Assembly: GCA_049472335.1 (NCBI GenBank)
Contig: JBLIRO010000059.1
Location: forward strand, 1 to 31,996
Reading direction: 5' to 3'
DNA: 31,996 nucleotides
From: a bacterium
Lineage (GTDB): Bacteria; SZUA-182; DTGQ01; JAFGSM01
Both the position numbers and the translations under genes were made by a program. The notes beneath the pieces were generated by a model that was not told where the DNA came from, made no database searches, and saw only the letters and a program-made list of their open reading frames with translations. Of this stretch, positions 24,991 to 31,996 are shown one piece after another. Numbering within the stretch: position 1 is the stretch's first letter; each line of letters opens with the position of its first letter.

Positions 24991-26055
24991 AATATAAGCC
25001 TATAATGTAATATACAATTTTGGGATGATTAAGTAAGTGTTTGTAAAAGGCTTTGAAAATGACACATCCTACAAAAAAGAGATTTTTTGATAGGTATAAA
25101 ATAATTTATACCATTAAAAGATATGCCTTCCTACCAGTTCTAACTCCCTTTCGATTTTTTTGATTACACTCGATTACAAAGAAAAACACACAACAAACTA
25201 AGACTGCTTAAGACTGGAACCCAGATTAATTGATATAAGATTTGATACAACATTGGAAACCCCCTTTTACATATATAATTTTAAAAGGATAAATGAAAAA
25301 GGTTTAAATTTTTGTTGCAATTAGAAAAGATACTTATTATAGTTTTGACAATACTATTATTAAGCATTTAATATGCCTAAAAAGAATATTCTTGTAACAT
25401 CTTGATATTAAAGAATATATTAGTATTGGCTTGATAAAATGGATTATGTAATGTTGCTAAATATTGCGTTTTGAAAAGGAAAAAATAAAAAATGGCAACA
25501 ATAAGAAAAAGGGAAGAGTTCTATTTTTCGATAAAACTAAGTTCAAAATAAAGGGAACATTCAATAAAGTTATTATTAAAAAGAAATTGATAAAAATAAT
25601 GAGACAATTTGAATAATATCTTGACTTTTTTAAGAAAGTATGTTTAATTAAAAAAAGGATGAGCATTTTTCTCTAAGTATATTGGCTATCTTCTGTATAA
25701 CTATCCTGTGAATTTTATGAAAAACACCGTCCTTTAAAAACATCTCTGTTTATTACTACATTGAGGTTGAAATGGAATTAATCATATTCCCTCAGGTCTG
25801 TATAAAGGTAATGATTACTAGGACAACCCTTTTGGCAAGAAACTTTTAAATAAATCTCTTATCGTCTGCTGCGCAAAAAGAGCGGACCACCATAAGAAAA
25901 TATGGGAGTGTCTGATAAAGGCTATATAATTCTATAAATATTGAATATATACTATCAGAAATAGGTAAAAAAGGGGGAGAAAGGGGTTGTTTATATTTTT
26001 ATTTAAAAAAGCCGAGTTCAACCGTAAAAATATATTTAAAATGAAGGGAGTAATC

Positions 26056-26487
26056 GTGAAAAAGTTGGCTGTTTTTGCTGCCATATTGATTGTTTTAAGT
26101 TTTTTTGTAGTAACAAATATTGCAGTTGCCCTGCCAGGGCAAGCAGATCCACCGTGTGGTAGGCCTTTAATTGAAGGCTGTATTGGTGCTTGTGGCGCGC
26201 CATTTTTAGTATCATATAGAGTGCTTGAAAGTGGTGCATATTGCTTTACAACAACGGGTAGTTCGCTTTGCCCTAACACAGGTGCCGAAGTGTCTATCTA
26301 TCTGAATAGAGAGTTGAGATTTAAAAAAGATATGACTAACGGTGTTTTTCTTGTAGTTGGAGCCAGAGAGGGTGATATTATCACAATTGAAGCAAATTTA
26401 TTTCCAATTGACAATGGTATAGTTTGTATATGGCTTGGAGAGTTATATTTCAAATTAGGAAGATTGGGAAACAAAGGACATATGTAA
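26056..26487 (+). CDS. Small secreted cysteine-containing hypothetical protein
   Basis: GTG 26056 after AAGGGAG; signal peptide KKLAVFAAILIVLSFFVVTNIAVA; 6 Cys in the mature part. Confidence 0.7.
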   Translation: MKKLAVFAAILIVLSFFVVTNIAVALPGQADPPCGRPLIEGCIGACGAPFLVSYRVLESGAYCFTTTGSSLCPNTGAEVSIYLNRELRFKKDMTNGVFLVVGAREGDIITIEANLFPIDNGIVCIWLGELYFKLGRLGNKGHM

Positions 26488-26508
26488 TCTTCTCTCCCTT
26501 AAACATTA

Positions 26509-26536
26509 TATTCGCGCCGCCTTGGCGGCGCGAATA
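26509..26536. repeat. Perfect GC-rich palindrome (REP-like or terminator)
   Basis: TATTCGCGCCGCC-TT-GGCGGCGCGAATA, 21 bp after the stop of the upstream gene, in AT-rich context. Confidence 0.7.
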
Positions 26537-26803
26537 CCCGTTTTGAATCCCCATTCTCACGAGATTTGTCGCACCGAAAAGGGGCGCGAAAAAGCTATTT
26601 GTAAAGCAAAAGGGGAAAGTTCTGTTTTTTGACAAATGCCAAAATTAATTGATAGAATTTCTTGATTATTAAAAGAGATTTATTATATCTGGAACAAAAA
26701 TAGTATATACGGAAGAAGGAGCATTTCATATATTAACATGTGGTAATAATCGACAACGGATATTTCGTAAAGAAGATTTCCAATTTTGAAATGGAGAAAG
26801 GAT

Positions 26804-27334
26804 ATGGGAAAAGCAGAAATTATGGAGATAATCCTTCAGCGAAGGAGTATTAGGGAATTTGAATCGCAACCTGTTCCTGGTGAGATGATAGCCTCAGTCC
26901 TGGAGGCTGGCCGATGGGCCCCTTCAGGATTGAACAATCAGCCCTGGCGTTTTGTTGTTGTTGTTGATGAACAGACACTTTTTAAGCTTGCCTATATGAC
27001 GAAATATTCTTCGATCCTTCTTCAGGCACCCGCTGCTATAGCCGTATTTTTGGATAGGGAAGCCGGTTATTCCAGGGATAAGGATATCCTTGCAATAGGC
27101 GCATGTATAGAGAATATGCTTCTTCAGATCCAAGCTCTTGGCCTTGGCGCGTGTTGGCTGGGAGAGATCCTTAACAAAGCGAAAGAGGTAGAAGGGCTGT
27201 TAAAAACACCGGAATCATATGAGCTGTTAGCGGTTATAGCCCTGGGTTTCCCAAAGGAAGTGGATAATAGAGAAGCAAACAGAGAGAGAAAAGAATTAAA
27301 AGAGCTTGTCTTTGGTGACTGGCCTTTTGGTTGA
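26804..27334 (+). CDS. Nitroreductase family protein
   Basis: 'RRSIREF', 'AGRWAPSGLNNQPWRF', 'IENMLL...LGLGACW', 'ALGFP'; ATG 26804 after GGAGAAAGGA. Confidence 0.93.
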   Translation: MGKAEIMEIILQRRSIREFESQPVPGEMIASVLEAGRWAPSGLNNQPWRFVVVVDEQTLFKLAYMTKYSSILLQAPAAIAVFLDREAGYSRDKDILAIGACIENMLLQIQALGLGACWLGEILNKAKEVEGLLKTPESYELLAVIALGFPKEVDNREANRERKELKELVFGDWPFG

Positions 27335-27370
27335 ATAACCGGTCTTTCGGTTAAATAATGGGATTAATGA

Positions 27371-28756
27371 ATGAAAAAGAATGTTTCTCGCTTAAAAACC
27401 TTTCCCGTAATTGTTGTCTTTTGGTTTCTTCTTGCCACTATATGCGGTTGCTCAAGGAGTATATGGGTCCATTATCCAATGCGTTTATCAAGGGCTAAAT
27501 TATATCTGGCCGAGGGTCGGGATAGTTTGGCAGAAAAGGAGTTAAATTCAAGGCTTCGATCTGACCGGGATAAACTGCTTTATTCCATGGAGTCAGGCAT
27601 AGTCCATTATCTGCAGGGAGATTATGATAAATGCATTGATGAATGGCTTGTCGCAGAGAGGATGATGGACAAATTTGATCGCAGGCCGGTTGTAAGTGTC
27701 CGTGAGATAGGTGAGAACATAGGCACTCTAGCTATCAATGACTATCTTATTACCTATCAGGGTATGACATATGAACGGGTTCTGCTTCATATTTATTTGG
27801 CGCTGGCATTTATTATGAGGAAAGATCCGGAGGGGGCAAGGATCGAACTTAAAAAGGCCGAGCAGGTCCAGAAGGATGCGTTTGAAAGATGGAAAGAGAA
27901 AAGATCCGAGCAGTTAAAAGGCTATCCGGAGGCAAGTAATATAGAGAAAAAAATGCTGGATGTGTACCATTCCCGATATGGAATGACTGAGGATTTCGCC
28001 TCGTTCAGCTTGAATCCTCTGGCATTTTATCTGTCCGGATGGCTATATGAGAAAGAGGGATACCCTGACGAGGCGCTCATCGATTACAAACGAATTTGGG
28101 ACCTCGGGATAAAAACAGAGTCTATTGCGAATAAGATTGAATATCTAAGCAGCTCCATGGAATTTTCTTACAGTGCTCCAAGACGTGATTTAGATAAAAA
28201 ATATGGCAGCCTACTTATTATTCATCAACAGGGCCTTATCCCGGCTTTGGAGGAGTTGAGAATTCCAATGGAGATCAGAGGCTCTTTTGTATTAATGGCA
28301 ATTCCTGTTTATCCGAATGCCTCACCTTTAAAGATGGGACTCAGGGCCAGATCAGGAGATACTGAAATTGAAACATGGGAGCTTGTAAATGTCTATTCCC
28401 TGGCAAGGGAATCTTTAAAGGAGAGGATTCCGGGTATTGCCACAAGAGAGTTGGCCCGTCTGATACTCAAGGCCAATGCATCCCGTCAGATGTCAAGAAA
28501 AGGAGGAACCCTTGCCTCTATGGTGACAACTATATATAATGTGATCAGTGAAAAGGCGGATCTTCGTTCCTGGTTGATGATACCTCTTTCGATTCAGGTG
28601 GGGCAGATAAGGTTACCTCAGGGACGGCATATCGTAAGCCTGGACCTTGTTGGCAGCCCTGCCAGCACTCAGGTTGAGGTTGAGATCGAGGCTGGCGGTT
28701 ACCATATTTTGGATGTTCGGTCCATAGGATCGAGGATTGTAACACATAAAAACTAA
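27371..28756 (+). CDS. COG3014-like TPR lipoprotein
   Basis: Lipobox-like 'TICGC'; 'D.LLY.ME.G', 'Y.G..YERV', 'ALIDYKR' and 'EKADLRSW..IP' motifs; directly upstream of ycfL-lpoB. Confidence 0.75.
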   Translation: MKKNVSRLKTFPVIVVFWFLLATICGCSRSIWVHYPMRLSRAKLYLAEGRDSLAEKELNSRLRSDRDKLLYSMESGIVHYLQGDYDKCIDEWLVAERMMDKFDRRPVVSVREIGENIGTLAINDYLITYQGMTYERVLLHIYLALAFIMRKDPEGARIELKKAEQVQKDAFERWKEKRSEQLKGYPEASNIEKKMLDVYHSRYGMTEDFASFSLNPLAFYLSGWLYEKEGYPDEALIDYKRIWDLGIKTESIANKIEYLSSSMEFSYSAPRRDLDKKYGSLLIIHQQGLIPALEELRIPMEIRGSFVLMAIPVYPNASPLKMGLRARSGDTEIETWELVNVYSLARESLKERIPGIATRELARLILKANASRQMSRKGGTLASMVTTIYNVISEKADLRSWLMIPLSIQVGQIRLPQGRHIVSLDLVGSPASTQVEVEIEAGGYHILDVRSIGSRIVTHKN

Positions 28757-28772
28757 GACAGGGGGATATGAG

Positions 28773-29210
28773 ATGAGTCGTTATAAATTTTTTTCATTAA
28801 TTTTGATCATATGCACGGCCTTTTTCCTTGGCTGTTCAGCTTCGACAAGTAACGTGGGAATAGGGGAGCTTGCTTACACTCCTGAGGGCAACTATTCCTT
28901 CAGTCATTATGTATTGATAAACAATCAGGAGCTTTCAAGGCATCTTCAGATCGTGGATTTAACGGGAAGAAAAGAGAATAATCTGATGCAGGCACAGATT
29001 CAGGTGATGAATAAATTTGATCGGGATTACAATTTTGAATACCGGTTTCAATGGTTTGACGACAAGGGTTTTGAGATTAAATCCGTCAAGGAACATTGGA
29101 CTCCGGTATTGATTTACGGCCAGGAGTTAAAGACGCTGGTCGGAACGGCTCCTAATCCTGATGCAGTTAAATTCAGGATCAACATCAGGGCGGCACATCC
29201 TGTTCGCTAA
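28773..29210 (+). CDS. ycfL: YcfL/DUF1425 family lipoprotein
   Basis: Lipobox FFLGC; 'FEYRFQWFD.KGFEI....W', 'APNPDAVKFRI'. Confidence 0.8.
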   Translation: MSRYKFFSLILIICTAFFLGCSASTSNVGIGELAYTPEGNYSFSHYVLINNQELSRHLQIVDLTGRKENNLMQAQIQVMNKFDRDYNFEYRFQWFDDKGFEIKSVKEHWTPVLIYGQELKTLVGTAPNPDAVKFRINIRAAHPVR

Positions 29211-29224
29211 AAGGGGGAGAAAAC

Positions 29225-29839
29225 ATGGATCCAAAAATGGATATAAGAAAGACAATACCTGTTTTATTTTTTACATTGATATTTGTAGCCGGGTTCTTTT
29301 TCGCCGGTTGCGGAGGTATGAAGGTAAATTATGGCGACCCAGGGGCTGTGGAAACCGTTACGGTTGATTACGGATCTACAGATCTCCAGACAATAGCAGA
29401 GGCCATGATTGAATCCCTGCTTGTGCACCCCGCGCTGGAGGGAAGGCCTGTAGTTTATGTGAGCCGGATCCGCAACAAAACCTCAGAGCATATTGATACC
29501 GAGGCCATTACTGATAAGATTAAGACTGCCATGCTAAAATCCGGTAAGGTAAGGTTTACTGCCATAAGTGAGATAAATGAAGAGATGATTGAACAGCTTC
29601 GTTATCAATCGGAATCAGGCATGGTAGATCCGAAAACACGGACTGCCATAGGAAAGCAGGTTGGGGCTGACCTGATGCTTTACGGAGACATTACATCCAT
29701 TGTTAAGAGCGCCGGTCGAACAAAGGATGTCTATTACAAGATAAATCTTGAGTTGGCAGACCTGCAGACCGGTTTGATCGAATGGTCTGAAGAGAAGGAA
29801 ATCCGTAAACAGGCTAAAAAGTCTGTTATAGGTTGGTAA
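29225..29839 (+). CDS. lpoB: Penicillin-binding protein activator LpoB-family lipoprotein
   Basis: Lipobox FFAGC; 'DYGSTDL..A..MI.SL', 'NKTSEHIDT', 'G...GAD..L.G.I.SI', 'L..GLIEWS.EKEIRK'. Confidence 0.85.
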   Translation: MDPKMDIRKTIPVLFFTLIFVAGFFFAGCGGMKVNYGDPGAVETVTVDYGSTDLQTIAEAMIESLLVHPALEGRPVVYVSRIRNKTSEHIDTEAITDKIKTAMLKSGKVRFTAISEINEEMIEQLRYQSESGMVDPKTRTAIGKQVGADLMLYGDITSIVKSAGRTKDVYYKINLELADLQTGLIEWSEEKEIRKQAKKSVIGW

Positions 29840-29851
29840 AGGGGAGATGCT

Positions 29852-30556
29852 GTGATGAATAACAATAATCTGAAACTTACGGTCATTATTGGAGTTTTAA
29901 TTGCCCTGTTTGTAACGGCTGTTCCGATCCTCAATGCCCAGGGATATCCGCCGGGTTTTGATATAAGTATCGAGTGGGAGCATTTTGAGGAGCAGTCCAA
30001 GGACGGACAGGAAATGGACTCTACTCAGTTGGGCGCCAAGATAAATTATTCCATGCCTCAGACCTTTGATGTATTTGTTGCCCTAAGCAGGGATGATGTG
30101 GATGTCAGTTTGAGACTCGACCAGACTGATAACAGGTTGCAGGATTTGGACATCGATCCTGCCCTGGCATTTCGGATCGGGGGAAAATTATATGCATTAC
30201 GTGCAATCCCCATGGGCGTGCCTGCTGATTTTGTTCTCTCCTTCTCTTACAGTACTGCCAATCATGATTTTGAATATACTGATACCAATAGTCAAATAAA
30301 AAAAGACGACTTTACCCATAGCCGGATCATTGGCACAGCAGGGCTTGAATGGAGGTATGTGCGAAGCACCCCTTACCTCAACATAGGGGTTCTTTATTCG
30401 AAGCTGGATACAGCAAGTATAAAAGACTATGACCAGACTTCCCTGTTGATCGCTGCTGGTATTTATGTCCCCTTTGTGGAAAATATATTTTTCAGGGCGG
30501 AAGTAAATGTGTGTCAGGAGATTGGTTATGCCGTGGGGGTTCAGTATCGATTTTGA
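29852..30556 (+). CDS. Outer-membrane beta-barrel protein
   Basis: Signal peptide (...ILNAQ), alternating amphipathic strands, C-terminal 'YAVGVQYRF' beta-signal. Confidence 0.75.
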   Translation: MMNNNNLKLTVIIGVLIALFVTAVPILNAQGYPPGFDISIEWEHFEEQSKDGQEMDSTQLGAKINYSMPQTFDVFVALSRDDVDVSLRLDQTDNRLQDLDIDPALAFRIGGKLYALRAIPMGVPADFVLSFSYSTANHDFEYTDTNSQIKKDDFTHSRIIGTAGLEWRYVRSTPYLNIGVLYSKLDTASIKDYDQTSLLIAAGIYVPFVENIFFRAEVNVCQEIGYAVGVQYRF

Positions 30557-30864
30557 TGTCTAATCGGAATTGAGCAATCCCCGGCAGACCTTGACTACTC
30601 CATTAGGGGCAAGGTTATAAAGTGAACGGATCTTTTTTGCGGTCCGGAAGGCGAGAATGTTTTCACTTCAAGGCCGTGCACGCAATTTTACAGCGGCGGG
30701 TAGAGTGGTCGGATGCATAAAAAAGTTGAACTAATCCCTTATTTGTTATTTTTAAATATTATATTAACGTATTATGCAATAAATAATACATACGGATTAA
30801 TTTATTCCATCCAGGTTTCCCGTAATATCTTATAGATCCCTTTTCTTTTACAATTTAGAATCCA

Positions 30865-31218
30865 CTATTTTGGAGTAATTTGGTCAAGAATCGCATCCTT
30901 CGAATCTGCCACTATGATTTGCAAATATGATAATTGTCTGTCCCTTGGAAGCATGGCAGGACGTGAGCGAAGAATCGCTAAGAGTAAATCCGTGAGGAAA
31001 CTCTCGAAATAGGAATAGCCGAGAAGAAATGCTGAATGAATGACCTGCATTCTGTATGTCGTGTATGCCTCCGGTAAACTATCGGCTGACTCGCCAAGCC
31101 AGGGTGTCCGCTCTCGGCGGAGGAGTTGAAAGACCTCCTCATGGGAAAGCCCCATGAATGATATGAGAGAGTCAAGCTGGGTTATGAGGCGATTCAGCAA
31201 TCGTGTATCGTTTTTCAT
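30865..31218 (-). CDS. Hypothetical protein (possibly HEPN-like), probably 3'-truncated cassette gene
   Basis: GC-richer ORF with 'FLLGYSYFESFLTDLL..IL..RP..L' helical motif; ends where the sequence turns abruptly AT-rich; ATG lies 8 bp from an attC-like site. Confidence 0.5.
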   Translation of the reverse strand: MKNDTRLLNRLITQLDSLISFMGLSHEEVFQLLRRERTPWLGESADSLPEAYTTYRMQVIHSAFLLGYSYFESFLTDLLLAILRSRPAMLPRDRQLSYLQIIVADSKDAILDQITPK

Positions 31219-31226
31219 CTTTTATG

Positions 31227-31306
31227 GGTCAAAGATCATGGGCATCACACCCAAATTAGTATGCTTGAACGATTCACAAACGGGCAAGTGATAGCCTTGT
31301 TTGGCC
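31227..31306 (-). mobile_element. Degenerate attC-like integron cassette recombination site
   Basis: Immediately after the toxin stop on the minus strand: GGCCAAAC-AAGGC-TATCACTTGCCC ... GGGTGTGATGCC-CATGAT-CTTTGACC, an imperfect ~80 bp palindrome whose R' box has lost the G of GTT. Confidence 0.5.
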
Positions 31307-31594
31307 TCAATTTTGTCTTCTTTTTAAATAGCTTTTCAAATCTCGATAATAGTTTTCATGAGGTCCAATCATAATTAGTTCTAAATCATCATTAATCATT
31401 CTATATGAAAGGAGATATTGAATAGTTTCAATTTTGAATTTATAAACAAACAGCCCCTTTAGATCCCTTTTTTTTTCTTCACCAATAAAAGGATTTTCTA
31501 TTATCTTTTTTATTTCTTGATCGAATATCTTTTTTTCTTTTTTTAAAAATCTCTTAATTTTCTTTTCAAAAGATCTCGATTGACAAATTTTCAT
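31307..31594 (-). CDS. Type II toxin, RelE/ParE family
   Basis: 95 aa basic protein: 'SFEKKIK', 'NPFIGEEKKRDL..LFVYKF', 'YLLSY', 'IGPHENYYRDLK'. Confidence 0.9.
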   Translation of the reverse strand: MKICQSRSFEKKIKRFLKKEKKIFDQEIKKIIENPFIGEEKKRDLKGLFVYKFKIETIQYLLSYRMINDDLELIMIGPHENYYRDLKSYLKRRQN

Positions 31595-31602
31595 ATATTT
31601 TA

Positions 31603-31821
31603 TTACCCAAATTTATATTCTGACCTTTCTCCTTGTTCTAATTCTTCTATTCCTATTAATATTTCTTTAATAAGACTGTAAGTTAAGTCAGGATTTTCCT
31701 CAATACATTTACCAATTCTTGCCCAATGTTCGATTTGGCCTGTTATAGATCTATGTTCAATCCGGCTATATTTTTTTGCTTCATTGACTAATTCATCTGA
31801 TATTCTTATTGCAGTAGCCAT
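31603..31821 (-). CDS. Type II antitoxin, ParD-like family
   Basis: 'AIRISDELV.EAK.Y....HRSI.GQIEHWARIGK..EENPDL.Y..IK.IL'; RBS GGAGG; 8 bp upstream of the toxin. Confidence 0.9.
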   Translation of the reverse strand: MATAIRISDELVNEAKKYSRIEHRSITGQIEHWARIGKCIEENPDLTYSLIKEILIGIEELEQGERSEYKFG

Positions 31822-31863
31822 ATCTTAGGCACCTCCATAAATTTAAGATTAACATAATAAATA

Positions 31864-31893
31864 CATTTTACTACTAAAAATAGCAAAATGCAA
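31864..31893 (-). promoter_or_regulatory. TA promoter with overlapping inverted-repeat operator
   Basis: Minus strand TTGCAT-N17-TAAAAT; inverted repeat CATTTTACTA-N7-TAGCAAAATG (31864-31890) overlaps it. Confidence 0.65.
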
Positions 31894-31921
31894 CAATTGA
31901 AATGCATTTTTATATATTGGA

Positions 31922-31996
31922 GGTCGAACGATGCGTATGACTTGCCTTGTGGACGCAACCGGAAAAAATATTACAATTCACGACCATCTCCAACAG
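31922..31996 (-). mobile_element. Right arm of an attC-like site (remainder beyond window)
   Basis: Minus strand GGCA-AGTCATA-CGCATC-GTTCGACC = L'(7)-spacer(6)-R'; nearly complementary to the left arm at 31283-31306. Confidence 0.5.

Noticed and set aside
25161..25217. Short direct repeats GATTACA x2 and TAAGACTG x2
   Set aside because: Too short and too few to distinguish from chance or a decayed dispersed repeat.
25457..25666. 69 aa hydrophobic ORF (also 11073-11411 and 7231-7413)
   Set aside because: Low-complexity translations of AT-rich intergenic DNA without RBS or recognisable motifs.
25850..25930. Possible riboswitch upstream of the secreted Cys protein
   Set aside because: Only weak hairpins; the conserved c-di-GMP, cobalamin, SAM or TPP core motifs were not found.

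Overview
A 32 kb window from a diderm (outer-membrane, type IV pilus) bacterium with an anaerobic, cytochrome-rich metabolism; the taxon cannot be fixed from sequence alone. Left to right it contains: the 3' part of a B12-binding radical SAM gene; a secreted beta-helix/Ca-binding repeat protein; a Rieske, cytochrome b6(+subunit IV) and nonaheme cytochrome c operon divergent from pilT/pilU; a patch of decayed toxin-antitoxin genes; a ~13 kb minus-strand operon; an AT-rich regulatory region with a candidate sRNA; a nitroreductase/COG3014/ycfL/lpoB/beta-barrel cluster; and what looks like the end of an integron cassette array (attC-like sites flanking a ParD/ParE-type TA pair). The most striking element is the 13 kb operon. 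A near-consensus sigma-54 promoter precedes a 1320 aa fusion of ~33 predicted TM helices to a NapC/NrfH-like 12-heme cytochrome c. That gene is tightly coupled to hdrCBA-flxDCBA (electron-bifurcating heterodisulfide reductase/flavin oxidoreductase), followed by a receiver protein and a histidine kinase with two periplasmic CxxCH motifs. This suggests a candidate membrane-wired Hdr/Flx system linking cytoplasmic flavin-based bifurcation to the quinone pool or periplasm. All calls come from reading motifs by eye; no database searches were run.
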